Source: an uncultured Planctomycetaceae bacterium
GTDB taxonomy: Bacteria > Planctomycetota > Planctomycetia > Isosphaerales > Isosphaeraceae
Assembly (NCBI GenBank): GCA_963833985.1
Contig: CAWIAD010000002.1
Span: 4,256,001-4,320,000, forward strand
Length of the DNA: 64,000 nucleotides
Reading direction: 5' to 3'
Part shown: positions 54,775 through 64,000 of the stretch, piece by piece
Position numbering within the stretch: the stretch's first letter is position 1
How the letters are laid out: each line of letters starts with the position of its first letter
Program-made: the position numbers and the translations under genes
The notes under the pieces: generated by a model
Databases searched by the model: none
What the model was told of the DNA's origin: nothing
Seen by the model: the letters and a program-made list of their open reading frames with translations, nothing else

Positions 54775-55660
54775 TCCACGTTCTGAACCAGCTCGCGGAT
54801 CCTCTCGAGCAGGCCCTTGATCTCGACCACGCTCCGGCTGATCTCGACGTCGCTGCCCTTCGAGCCCACGGTGTTGATCTCGCGGCCGATCTCCTGGACC
54901 ACAAACTCGAGCTTGCGCCGGCGCTCTCGGGCTCATCGAGCACCTCGCGAAACTGCACCAGGTGGGCCCGTAGCCGGACGATCTCCTCGGAGATGTCGCT
55001 GCGGTCCGCCAGGACGGCGACCTCGCGGACGAGGTCCCTGGGCTCCACGGTCACTCCTTGGTCCTGCACCAGCGCCCCCACGCGTTCGGCCAGCCGTTTC
55101 TGGTAGGCCTGCACGACCAGCGGCCCGCGCTCGGCGATCCGTCCCAGCTCGCCTTCGATGGCACGCCCCAGGGACGCCAGCTCCTGGCCCATGGCCTGCC
55201 CCTCGCGGGCCCGCGCGGTCTCCAGCTCCCCGAGCGCCACGCTCACGACATGCGCGATCTCCGGCCAGTCGTCCCGCGGATCGGCGGCCGGCGCCCGGAC
55301 CTCGTCCACCACTCCGGGCAGAGACAACAGCCAGCCGTAGGCCAGGCCGCTGATCGCCGCTTCCGAGGCATCTCCCAGGAGGTCGCGAAACTGGTCGCGA
55401 TAGCTCTTCAGCGCCACCATATTCAGCTTGTAGTCGCCGGCCTCGCGGGGCCGGTCGATCCGTACGTTGACCTGCACCGACCCCCGGCGGACCTTCTCAC
55501 GAATGAGCTGCTCCAGGTCCAGCTCGAGCGGCCCGTACGGCTCGCTCAGCTTGCTGGACACCTTGAGATGCCGGTTGTTCACCGTGCGCACTTCCACTTC
55601 GATCGACCGCTTCTGGTCCTGGAAACGGGCAGATCCGAAGCCGGTCATGCTCAGCAGCAA
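54771..55660 (-). CDS. YicC/YloC family endoribonuclease; -1 frameshift near 54918
   Basis: [29 protein letters not shown]; shifted frame [19 protein letters not shown]...ELVQNVE*. Confidence 0.92.
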
Positions 55661-55729
55661 GGCAACCTCATCTCAATAGGGAAAGAGCGTTGAACCGGGA
55701 GCAGCAGGCAGGGAGCAGATCCATCCCCA

Positions 55730-55781
55730 TCGCGAGAGCCTGGCGGTCCGTTGCGAGAGCCTGGCGGTCCGTCGCGAAAGC
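55730..55781. repeat. 21-bp tandem repeat (2.5 copies) between secG and yicC
   Basis: TCGCGAGAGCCTGGCGGTCCG / TTGCGAGAGCCTGGCGGTCCG / TCGCGAAAGC. Confidence 0.8.
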
Positions 55782-55793
55782 GGACGGGCCAGC

Positions 55794-56255
55794 TCAGGGG
55801 TTCTTGGACGGTGCGTCGGGAGTGAGCGGGAAGTTGGTGCCGCTCGGAATAGCCGGAGCCTTGCCATCGGCGGGCGCCTCGGCAGGCCCCGATGAGCTGG
55901 AGCTGGAGCCGGCACCGGAGGCGGGCGGCTGGGCTCCGCTCTGCGCCTTGCTCTTCGATGACGAGGCCGCCTCCTTGGAGAGCGAGCTGGGCTGATCGGC
56001 CGCCCAGATGGTCGAATTCTGCCGGCCCGTCATGACGACCAGGACCATGGCCATGAGCATCCAGATCGAGGCCGTGACGACCGTGATCCGGGTGAAGGTA
56101 TCGCCGGCCTTGGCGCCGAACGCGCTGGAGCCGCCCATCCCGCCGAAGGCACCCGCCAGGCCGCCGCCCTTGCCGCGCTGGATCAGGATCAGGCAGATCA
56201 GGAAAATGGAGACCAGGACGATCAGGGTGTTGAAGATTGCTGTCAGGACGCCCAC
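55794..56255 (-). CDS. secG: preprotein translocase subunit SecG
   Basis: [34 protein letters not shown]. Confidence 0.93.
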   Translation of the reverse strand: MGVLTAIFNTLIVLVSIFLICLILIQRGKGGGLAGAFGGMGGSSAFGAKAGDTFTRITVVTASIWMLMAMVLVVMTGRQNSTIWAADQPSSLSKEAASSSKSKAQSGAQPPASGAGSSSSSSGPAEAPADGKAPAIPSGTNFPLTPDAPSKNP

Positions 56256-56346
56256 AAGTCGAATCCTCTCTGGCTGTTCGGGGAGAATCAGTTGAAATGA
56301 GGCGACACCCCCTGGAGTCGAGCTTACGCTCCAGGCGCGGGTTCGT

Positions 56347-57129
56347 TCAAGGCTTGCCGCGTGCGGTCACTTCCTGGCCGGCCTTGATGATGCCAAGGAA
56401 ATCACCCGCCTTCAGGCTGGCCCCGCCCACCAGCGCGCCGTCGATATCGGGGCAAGACAGGAGCTCTTGCGCGTTGTCCGGCTTGACGCTCCCCCCATAC
56501 TGGACAACCACCCGGGCCGCCGTCGCCTCCCCGAAGGTCTGGGTCAGCCAGCCGCGGATGAAGGCGTGCACGGCCTGGGCCTGCTCGCGCGTGGCCGTCA
56601 AGCCGGTGCCGATCGCCCAGACCGGCTCGTAGGCGAGAACCACCCCGCCCATCTCTTCGGGCGAAAGGCCGGCGAGCGAGCCGGCAAGCTGCTGCTCCAC
56701 CACGGCCTCGGTCTGCTCGGCCAGCCGCTCTTCCTTCGTCTCGCCGACGCAGACGATGGGGATCAGCCGGGCTTCGAGCGCGGCCTTGAGCTTCTTGTTG
56801 ACCTCGTCATTGGTCTCGCCCAGGCCGTGCCTGCGCTCGCTGTGGCCCAGGATCACGTGGGTGCAGCCCACATCCACCAGCATGCTGCCGGAGATCTCAC
56901 CCGTGAACGCGCCGCCGGCTTCCCAAAACATGTCCTGCGCGCCCAGCCCGACAGGAGAGCCCTCCAGGGCGCGATCCACCTGGCCGAGGAACACGAACGG
57001 CGGGCAGACCGCCACGTGAACGTCGGTCGCGGTGCCGAGTCCGGTCTTGATTCCCTCGACCAGGCCGAGTGCCGACTCGGTCGAGCCGGGGTTCATCTTC
57101 CAGTTGCCGGCGATCAGCAAGGTGCGCAT
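56347..57129 (-). CDS. tpiA: triosephosphate isomerase
   Basis: [45 protein letters not shown]. Confidence 0.98.
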   Translation of the reverse strand: MRTLLIAGNWKMNPGSTESALGLVEGIKTGLGTATDVHVAVCPPFVFLGQVDRALEGSPVGLGAQDMFWEAGGAFTGEISGSMLVDVGCTHVILGHSERRHGLGETNDEVNKKLKAALEARLIPIVCVGETKEERLAEQTEAVVEQQLAGSLAGLSPEEMGGVVLAYEPVWAIGTGLTATREQAQAVHAFIRGWLTQTFGEATAARVVVQYGGSVKPDNAQELLSCPDIDGALVGGASLKAGDFLGIIKAGQEVTARGKP

Positions 57130-58166
57130 GACACCGTTTCTCCTTCGGGAACGTTGATCGTCTTGTCCAGCACAAGGGCAAGTTGCCGCAGACTTTTCAT
57201 GAGGACGGCGTACTGCTCCGGGAGCAGCGCCTGGGGCCCGTCGGAGAGCGCCTTCTCGGGGCAGGAGTGAACCTCGACGTGCACCCCGTCGCTGCCGGCG
57301 GCGACGGCCGCCCGGGCCATGGCCGGAATCAGGTCGGGCCGGCCGGTGGCGTGGCTGGGATCCACAATGATCGGCAGGTGCGACAGCGCCTTGACGTTGG
57401 GCACGATCGACAGGTCCAGCGTGTTCCGCGTCGAATCCTCGAAAGTGCGGATGCCCCGCTCGCAGAGGATGACCTGGCGGTTGCCCTGCGCCAGGATGTA
57501 CTCCGCCGACATCAGCAGGTCCTTCACCGTGGCGCTGATGCCGCGCTTCAGCAGCACCGGCAGCCGCGTCCGGCCCACCTCCTTGAGCAGGTCAAAGTTC
57601 TGCATGTTGCGGGCGCCGATCTGGAAGATGTCGGCGTAGCGTTCCACCAGCTCAACCTGCCGCGGGTCCATGACCTCGGTGACCACCGGCATGCCGAAGT
57701 GCTCGCCGGCGGCCTGAAGCATCCGCAGTCCGTCCTCGCCCAGCCCCTGGAAACTGTAGGGGCTGGTGCGCGGCTTGAACGCGCCGCCGCGCAGGATGTT
57801 TGCGCCAGCTTCCTTCACCAGCCCGGCCAGCTCGAAGAGCAAGGGCTCGCTCTCGATGGCGCACGGGCCGGCGATCATCGCCAGGTACCCGCCGCCAATC
57901 TTCACCCCCTTGACCTCGATCACCAGGTCCTCGCGGTGGAACTCCCGGCTCGCCAGCTTGAACGGCTTGAGGATCGGCACGACCTGCTCGACCCCCGGAA
58001 TGGCCTGTAAGGGCTGCACTTGCAGCTTCTCCTCGTCGCCGATGACCCCGATGATCGTGCGCGATACTCCCTGGCTGAGGTGCGGCGTCAGGCCCAGGGC
58101 CTCGATCCGCTCGAGCACGTGCTTGAGCACGTCGGGCGTGGAATGCGGCTTGAGTACGATGATCAT
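57114..58166 (-). CDS. aroF: DAHP synthase type I-beta
   Basis: [56 protein letters not shown]. Confidence 0.95.
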   Translation of the reverse strand: MIIVLKPHSTPDVLKHVLERIEALGLTPHLSQGVSRTIIGVIGDEEKLQVQPLQAIPGVEQVVPILKPFKLASREFHREDLVIEVKGVKIGGGYLAMIAGPCAIESEPLLFELAGLVKEAGANILRGGAFKPRTSPYSFQGLGEDGLRMLQAAGEHFGMPVVTEVMDPRQVELVERYADIFQIGARNMQNFDLLKEVGRTRLPVLLKRGISATVKDLLMSAEYILAQGNRQVILCERGIRTFEDSTRNTLDLSIVPNVKALSHLPIIVDPSHATGRPDLIPAMARAAVAAGSDGVHVEVHSCPEKALSDGPQALLPEQYAVLMKSLRQLALVLDKTINVPEGETVSCAPC

Positions 58167-58379
58167 CGGCGGTCTCGCTTCGGGTTCCTCGCTCGCCGCC
58201 CGGCACCTCGCCGTGCAATACCAGACATCGGCAGCGGGTAGATTGGCCCCAGGCGGGCTATCGGTGAGAATCACACAGTCTAATCGATCAGTCTGGCCGC
58301 GTGAAGCGATTCCAGGCCAAAAAGGGGCCGAGGCCCTGCGAGGATTCGGATTCCCGGATCGACCACTCCTGCTGGCCGG

Positions 58380-58388
58380 TGATACAAT
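58380..58388 (+). promoter_or_regulatory. extended -10 promoter for the toxin-antitoxin operon
   Basis: TGATACAAT (TGn-TACAAT) about 47 bp upstream of the antitoxin start. Confidence 0.5.
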
Positions 58389-58434
58389 GAGGCCCGAGAC
58401 AGTACTTTCAGTCAATTGAACTCCGGGTCCCGCC

Positions 58435-58656
58435 ATGTCATCGATGTCCCAGGAAATTCTTGAAAAGGCTCTTGTCCTACCAGCGGAGGAGCGCGCTCAA
58501 CTCGTTGAATCCCTGCTTGCAAGCTTTGACAGGCCTGATTCCGTGATCGACAACCTGTGGGGCCGAGAGGCCGAGAACCGTCTGGAAGCCTACGATGCGG
58601 GCCAGATGAAGGCGTACCCGGCAGATGAGGTCTTCCGGGAGTTCAAGGATCTGTGA
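58435..58656 (+). CDS. addiction module antitoxin (TIGR02574-type)
   Basis: [16 protein letters not shown]...ID..W..EAE.R..AY..G...PA.EVF. Confidence 0.88.
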   Translation: MSSMSQEILEKALVLPAEERAQLVESLLASFDRPDSVIDNLWGREAENRLEAYDAGQMKAYPADEVFREFKDL

Positions 58657-58943
58657 ATGTCAGGTTTCTTGAAGCCGCCAGAAACGATCTCCGAGACGCG
58701 ATTCGCTTCTACGAGGGCCAGCGTCCCGGTCTCGGCCGCGAGTTTCGCGATGAAATCCTGGCCGCCATTGACCGCATCACAAAGCTGCCGGAAGCGTGGC
58801 GTTCGTTGAGTCAGAACACCAGACGTTGCCGGACCCATCGGTTTCCCTACGGCGTGATCTACCAGACCCGCGGCCATGAGATCCTCATCGTTGCCATCGC
58901 CCATCTACATAGAGAGCCCGGCTACTGGACTGATCGCCTCTGA
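58653..58943 (+). CDS. RelE/ParE family toxin
   Basis: A..DL.DA..FYE....GLG..F, RFPYGVIY, IVAIAH..R.PGYW..R; overlaps antitoxin (GTGA). Confidence 0.9.
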   Translation: MNVRFLEAARNDLRDAIRFYEGQRPGLGREFRDEILAAIDRITKLPEAWRSLSQNTRRCRTHRFPYGVIYQTRGHEILIVAIAHLHREPGYWTDRL

Positions 58944-59020
58944 GAACACTCGGGCTCGCCTTGTGACCGACGAACCCAGGACGTTTGTCTGAGATCCTGA
59001 CCATTCCTGGGGTGCAATGT

Positions 59021-60391
59021 ATGACGCACGGTTTCCATCGTCGCCGGTTTTTCGAGCATTGCGCGGCCGGAGTCGCTATCGGGGCGGCCGCGACAAGCGG
59101 TGCTCGCGCCCAGTCCGGTCATCCCAGAATCGCCGCGCTGGCAAGCACCTACTTCTACCTCTCGCACGCTTACCACATCGTCGGCCGGTTCCTGGACGGA
59201 TTCGTGCTCTACCACGCAGGCGCGAACCCCGCGGACCCGTTCGGCACGCTGCACCGGCCCCCCTTCGAGATCGCCAGCATGTACATCGAGCAAGCGCCGG
59301 AGGCCACCGACCTGGGCCGGGCGAAGGCACGGCAGTACGGCGTCCGGCTGTCTCCGACCATCGCCGATGCCCTCACGCTGGGCACCGGCACGCTGGCCGT
59401 CGACGCCGTGCTGCTGATCGCCGAGCACGGCGATTACCCGCTCAACGACCGGCTGCAAAAGCTCTACCCCCGCGGCAAGTACTTCCGCCAGGTGCTCGAC
59501 GTCTTTCGTGCCTCCGGCCGCGCCGCGCCCGTCTTCATTGACAAGCACCTCTCGTACAGCCGGGGCGAGGCCCTGCAAATGGCGGCAGCGGCCCGCGAGC
59601 TGAAGGTGCCGCTCATGGCCGGATCGAGCTTGCCGGTCACCTGGCGCCTGCCCCCGCTGGAGCTTCCCCTGGGCTGCGACGTCACGGGCATCCTCGTCGC
59701 CTCGCGTGGCAACCTCAAGATCTTCGGCTTGCACGCGCTGGAGACCCTTCAGTGCATGGCCGAAAGGCGCAACCGCCAGGGCAAGCCGCAAGGCGTGACC
59801 TCGGTGACCTACCTGGAGGGCGACGCCGTCTGGCGGGCCGGCGACGCGGGGGCCTGGTCCTGGGAGCTGCTGCGCCACGCCCTGGCCCGCAGCCACACCG
59901 TGAACCCCGGCGATATCCGCCGGAACACCGCCGACTTCGCCCAGCCCGCGGTCCGCGACGCGGCCACCATTTTCAATCGTCCGTCCGCCTTCATGGTCCA
60001 GTACGCCGACGGCCTGCGCGGCACCGCGCTGATCCTCAACGGCCACGTGGACGACACCACCGTCGCGGTCCGCCTGCGCGACCCGTCCGCGCCGGGCGGC
60101 AGCACCATTGCCTCCACGCTCATGTACCTGCCCGCCCCGCCCGGTGCGCGGTTCTTCGATCCGCTGGTACTGCGCATCGAGGACTTCTTCCGCACCGGCC
60201 GGCCCCCCTACCCCGTCGAGCGCACGCTCCTCTCCGGCGGCATCCTCGACGCCGCGCTCGAGAGCCGGGTGCAGGGCTGCCGCCCCGTCGCCACGCCCGA
60301 GCTGGCCGCCATCGACTACGCCGCCCCCGCCGACTCCGGCTTCATCCGCACCCCCTTGACCTCACCGCTCCCCGGCCGCGCGGGCCATTGA
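59021..60391 (+). CDS. conserved hypothetical protein with Tat-like signal (oxidoreductase-like, PVC-type)
   Basis: HRRRFF; VDAVLLIAEHGDYP, PVFIDKHLSY, MAGSSLP, PYPVERTLL..G.L. Confidence 0.75.
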   Translation: MTHGFHRRRFFEHCAAGVAIGAAATSGARAQSGHPRIAALASTYFYLSHAYHIVGRFLDGFVLYHAGANPADPFGTLHRPPFEIASMYIEQAPEATDLGRAKARQYGVRLSPTIADALTLGTGTLAVDAVLLIAEHGDYPLNDRLQKLYPRGKYFRQVLDVFRASGRAAPVFIDKHLSYSRGEALQMAAAARELKVPLMAGSSLPVTWRLPPLELPLGCDVTGILVASRGNLKIFGLHALETLQCMAERRNRQGKPQGVTSVTYLEGDAVWRAGDAGAWSWELLRHALARSHTVNPGDIRRNTADFAQPAVRDAATIFNRPSAFMVQYADGLRGTALILNGHVDDTTVAVRLRDPSAPGGSTIASTLMYLPAPPGARFFDPLVLRIEDFFRTGRPPYPVERTLLSGGILDAALESRVQGCRPVATPELAAIDYAAPADSGFIRTPLTSPLPGRAGH

Positions 60392-60462
60392 GCTCCAAGG
60401 GGAAAACGGATTGGCCAGCGGTGCTCGCGGATCCGCGCAGTCTTTCACGGGTTCAGGCGGTC

Positions 60463-60511
60463 AACAAAAAAACCGCCCGCGCGCGGCTTGTGATGCCGGC
60501 ACGAGCGGTTT
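60463..60511 (-). terminator. intrinsic terminator downstream of the DUF1559 gene (possibly bidirectional)
   Basis: Minus strand ACCGCTCGTGCCGGC-loop-GCCGCGCGCGGGCGGT followed by a T tract. Confidence 0.7.
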
Positions 60512-60574
60512 GTTCCGTCGTCAGAGGATGGGCAGGTCCGCTCAGCTCTGTTGAGCCCGGCGCGAGGCCGGGCT

Positions 60575-61882
60575 TTACTGGTTGATGAACGAATCCTGGT
60601 CCACGGTGAGCTGCTTGTACGGCAGGGGGAGCCGGGTGCCCGCCGGGGTGATGATCTTGGAATAGACGGTGCCGTCGATCGTGTTGTTGATGAACCGGAC
60701 CGAGCCGTCGCAGAAGCCGTAGTTGCTGCCCTGCGGGTGGCCGCTGTTGACCATGGGGAAGGTGCCCTTGATGGTCAGGACCGTGCCGTAGCCGATGTTC
60801 TCGTCGTCGCCCTGCTTGTTGGCATACTGCCAGGCGGGGATGTCAATCAGGGGAGTGTAGTTCGCCGCGGTGCCGAAGGTGTTCACGCAGATGCCCGAGC
60901 CCGGCCCGCAGACGTCATCCGAAGCGATGAACATGCAGAAGTTCGGGTACGGGACGGCCCAGCTCGTGGGGAAGCCCCCGGAGTAAGGCACGCCGGTGGA
61001 GTAGCCCACCAGGGTGCTCTCGCCCAGCAGGATGGTCGAGCCAGTGCCGTCGACGATCGAGCTGAGCGTCGTCTTGTTGGCGCCCCATTGCGGCGAGCGT
61101 CCGTTCATCGAGGCCGGGATGTTCGTGGCGTCAGTGGGGAACTGGTTGTCATATACCGAGTTCAGGAACATGACGCCCATCTTCGTACCCACGCCCTGGT
61201 CGAAGACGGGGCTGGGGGGCGTGCCGCCCGGGTCCCAGGTCAGGGCGCTGCCCGAGCCGCCACCGCTGGGGCCGGCCAGTCCGTCGGCCTTGAAACCGTT
61301 CCACTGCAAGGGCGCCGCGGGGAAGCGGACGAAGCCGCCGTTGACCACGTAGCTGAGGTTGCCCTCGTTCGTGGTGAAGTTGTTGTCGTCCGGGCAGCGG
61401 AGGATGCCCAGCGACTTCTGCAAGAGGCCGTTGGGAATCGTCGAGTTGTCATTCGCGGCGAGGTTGATCGTCGCCCAGAACGGCAGGTGCTTGGTCCAGT
61501 TGTTGGCGATGTCCTGCTGGTCCAGGTCACTGGCGATGTCGATCATCCAGCTATACGCCGCGCGGTTGTAGACGTATTGCGTGATGCCGGTGGTGGAGGT
61601 GCCCTGGGCCTGGTACAGCACGGAGGCCGTGGGAATCGGGTTGGTGAGGGTGGCCGGATCCTCGAAGAACGTGCCGGCGGCCGGGTAGGCGTTCTTGCGG
61701 CCGGCGAACGAGTTCAGCGCCAGGACGAGCTGGCGCATGTTGTTCTGGCACTGGGCGCGGCGGCCTGCTTCGCGGGCCGAGTTGATGGCGGGCAAGAGGA
61801 GCCCGACGAGCACGCCGATGATGCTGATCACCACCAGCAGCTCGATGAGGGTGAAACCTCGGCGAAGACGACGGCGAGTCAT
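60575..61882 (-). CDS. DUF1559 prepilin-type protein
   Basis: [66 protein letters not shown]. Confidence 0.93.
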   Translation of the reverse strand: MTRRRLRRGFTLIELLVVISIIGVLVGLLLPAINSAREAGRRAQCQNNMRQLVLALNSFAGRKNAYPAAGTFFEDPATLTNPIPTASVLYQAQGTSTTGITQYVYNRAAYSWMIDIASDLDQQDIANNWTKHLPFWATINLAANDNSTIPNGLLQKSLGILRCPDDNNFTTNEGNLSYVVNGGFVRFPAAPLQWNGFKADGLAGPSGGGSGSALTWDPGGTPPSPVFDQGVGTKMGVMFLNSVYDNQFPTDATNIPASMNGRSPQWGANKTTLSSIVDGTGSTILLGESTLVGYSTGVPYSGGFPTSWAVPYPNFCMFIASDDVCGPGSGICVNTFGTAANYTPLIDIPAWQYANKQGDDENIGYGTVLTIKGTFPMVNSGHPQGSNYGFCDGSVRFINNTIDGTVYSKIITPAGTRLPLPYKQLTVDQDSFINQ

Positions 61883-61969
61883 GAGCGGTCCTTTCCAGAG
61901 TTTGACGACGGGAACAGTTCGAATTCTATCAGCGTATCGCCGCTACAGACAATACGTTCACGTATCGGG

Positions 61970-62117
61970 CCTTGGGACGCGCTGCGCCCACCGGCTACGC
62001 GGGCGTGGCTCCAGGTCATGGCTCGCAGGCACCTCCCAGGGTGAGCTCAGCAGGGTGCAATCCACCGTTTCCAGGGACGATGCATGCGGTGGGTTGCGCT
62101 CCGCTGACCCACCCTAC
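61970..62117. repeat. REP-like (GTAG) palindromic elements
   Basis: Minus strand GTAGGGTGGGTCAGCGGAGCGCAACCCACC (62088-62117); degenerate inverted copy 62038-62067; second GTAGCCGGTGGG..CCCAAGG (61970-61998). Confidence 0.65.
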
Positions 62118-62179
62118 GAAAGAGCACCACAATCAGGGCCACTCGGTGACTCTTCGAATCCCTCCTCGGAAAAGCGTCA

Positions 62180-64000
62180 TTATTCGATGGTCTGGCGGTA
62201 GACGACCGCCGGCCGGAAGCTGCCGATGACGTTCGGGTCGTAGCCGGTGAGCTGGAGCCGGTCAACCAGGAAGAAGCCGCGGTAGCGGGTGGTCTGCCCG
62301 ACCGACGAGCCGACCTCCGCCCCGAGGATGTCATACGCCAGGGCCATGGCCGGAGTCCCCGCGGCGACGCCCGCCATCTGCAAGTCGCCCTGCCGCTTCA
62401 CCTCGAAGAAGCCGACGGTGATCCAGACCGCGTACTGGTGCGTGCGCACGGTGGTCAGGTTCATCGCCTTCTGCAACATCTCGGTGCGGAAGTAGGGGTG
62501 CTGCCTCTGGTCGATGACCGCCGGAGCGTAGTTCGGCCCGCCCGGCTTCAAGTTCACGCTCGTGCTCATTCCCAGGTACGGTTTCGGCGTGGGTGGAGTG
62601 GCGACAGGCGGCGAGGGCGCTGTGCCGCTTGGCACCCAGAACAGGTTCACGACGCCGTCATTGACAGTGAAGGATGTGCCGCCAACCAGGAACTGCGGCA
62701 GGCCGCCGGTCTGCACAGGTGCCGTGACGGGCACCAGGTTGTTGATGTACGGGTCACCGGTCTCGCTGGCGTTGCTGACCGCGCCGCCCGAGGCTGGGAT
62801 GCCGTCCGGCGGCTGGAACAACCGCCGCACCGGGATCGCCGGCGGCACCTGGAGCTGCGTCATCGGGTTGCTCTGCGGAGTGCTGCCCGCCGGAGTCGCA
62901 CTCAGGTTGGTCGCGTAGCCCTGGTACAGCGACGGGTTCCGTACGCCGGGGTCGCCGATGTAATTGCCCGTGTAGCCGGTGGGCGGCCACGCGGGCGTGG
63001 GCGGAGTGGTCGGCGTGGGCGGGTCTGTGTAGAGCGACGGTGGCAACTGCGCTGGCCGCATGACGGTGTAGTTGATGTCCGGGTAAGACAGCGAATGGAA
63101 CGGCCGGTCGGCCGGGATCGCGAAGGTGTTCCCGGCGATCGCCGGATAGGCCGGCGAGGTTTGCACGCTGTAGCTCTGCCCGGTGGCGCCGCTGCCATGT
63201 CCGAAGAGGAAGCCCGAGCCGCCGTGCCGCAGCGACAGGAACTGCGCGAACGAGGCCTTCATCCGGTTACCGAGCAATCCCGAAAGCCGGTCATTGGCCA
63301 GTACGCCAATGTTGTTCATGGCGTAGGCCGACGCCGGCGCACCGGTGGCCAGGGTGGATGTGACCACGAGCGGGAGCGGCGATGTGCCGGCAGCCAGAGG
63401 TAGGGGCGATGTCGTGGAGGTCCAGGACGCCCCGGTGATCCCGTTCGGGAAAACCATGTTCTGAAGCTGGTCGAAGCTCAGGAGCTGCTGGTTGAAGTTC
63501 TGGTCCTGGCTGCCGAAGACGCTGAAGAAGACCTCCTCGTCGATGATCAGGTTCAGGTTGACGAGCCCCGGCTTGATGTCCTGCCGCAGCCAGTCGAAGT
63601 TCGTGCCCTGGGCCACCGGGCTGATGGCGCCGATCATCTGGTTGGGCACCTCGAAGAACTCGAACATCTTGAACCAGCCGTCGCCCGTGGCATCCCCGAA
63701 GAGCGAGGTGGTCGCGGACGTCGGCGAGGCCCCGGTGTAGAAGAACTTGTCCACCAGGTACGGGAAGCTATGGGGCGAGAGCGGGCTTGTCGAGCTCACT
63801 CCGCTCACGGTGTTGAACGCGTTGGAGGCCGTCGCCGGCGCAGCGGGCAGCTTCTTGAGAGTGGCCGCCGTGACGGTGCTGGGCAACGGCGTGACCAGGC
63901 TGAAGGTGCTGGTCACGTTCGCGGACGAGGGGGCGAACTCGGCGAACTGCTTGGTGAACAGACCCGGCGGGCAGCCGGGCACCATCAGGAGCTCGGCCAC
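62180..64000 (-). CDS. C-terminal part of a very large Pro/Thr-rich planctomycete protein, probably associated with a pilin cassette
   Basis: PG.VNLN.I.DEEVF, HPYFR.EML.K.MN.TTVRTHQYAVWITVGFFEV, RYRGFF.VDR; upstream of DUF1559; truncated by window edge. Confidence 0.75.
   Translation of the reverse strand: MAELLMVPGCPPGLFTKQFAEFAPSSANVTSTFSLVTPLPSTVTAATLKKLPAAPATASNAFNTVSGVSSTSPLSPHSFPYLVDKFFYTGASPTSATTSLFGDATGDGWFKMFEFFEVPNQMIGAISPVAQGTNFDWLRQDIKPGLVNLNLIIDEEVFFSVFGSQDQNFNQQLLSFDQLQNMVFPNGITGASWTSTTSPLPLAAGTSPLPLVVTSTLATGAPASAYAMNNIGVLANDRLSGLLGNRMKASFAQFLSLRHGGSGFLFGHGSGATGQSYSVQTSPAYPAIAGNTFAIPADRPFHSLSYPDINYTVMRPAQLPPSLYTDPPTPTTPPTPAWPPTGYTGNYIGDPGVRNPSLYQGYATNLSATPAGSTPQSNPMTQLQVPPAIPVRRLFQPPDGIPASGGAVSNASETGDPYINNLVPVTAPVQTGGLPQFLVGGTSFTVNDGVVNLFWVPSGTAPSPPVATPPTPKPYLGMSTSVNLKPGGPNYAPAVIDQRQHPYFRTEMLQKAMNLTTVRTHQYAVWITVGFFEVKRQGDLQMAGVAAGTPAMALAYDILGAEVGSSVGQTTRYRGFFLVDRLQLTGYDPNVIGSFRPAVVYRQTIE

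Noticed and set aside
45424..55781. Tandem repeats as CRISPR arrays
   Set aside because: Only 2-2.5 contiguous units each, no unique spacers and no cas genes.

Overview
High-GC bacterial chromosomal segment, most consistent with a planctomycete of the Isosphaeraceae type. Evidence: three DUF1559 prepilin-like genes, a PVC-type CxxCH protein, DUF4058, and a large membrane-anchored ECF sigma fusion. Most of the window is housekeeping: trmB, hisE, mnmA, glgC, dnaK-clpB, pheA, an adk-like kinase, and the aroF-tpiA-secG-yicC-gmk-rpoZ-ftsK operon. The main feature missed by the ORF track is a tandem selenoprotein operon on the minus strand. It has an Rdx/SelW-like protein with CSL-U (UGA at 39797-39799) and a selenophosphate synthetase SelD with CAG-U-AGK (UGA at 39485-39487). 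Each UGA is followed by a perfect hairpin with the same GUU apical loop (putative SECIS), and a membrane-anchored TPR gene follows. Other notable items: near-consensus sigma54 promoters before csbD and before dnaK-clpB; a ClpB with a divergent M-domain; a Cys-less TlpA protein divergent from an ECF-TlpA fusion; an accessory cassette with a secreted 10-Cys mini-protein; a toxin-antitoxin pair; REP-like elements. About ten frameshifts hit otherwise intact genes. They look like long-read errors and appear to cluster at AGCT and GGCC sites.
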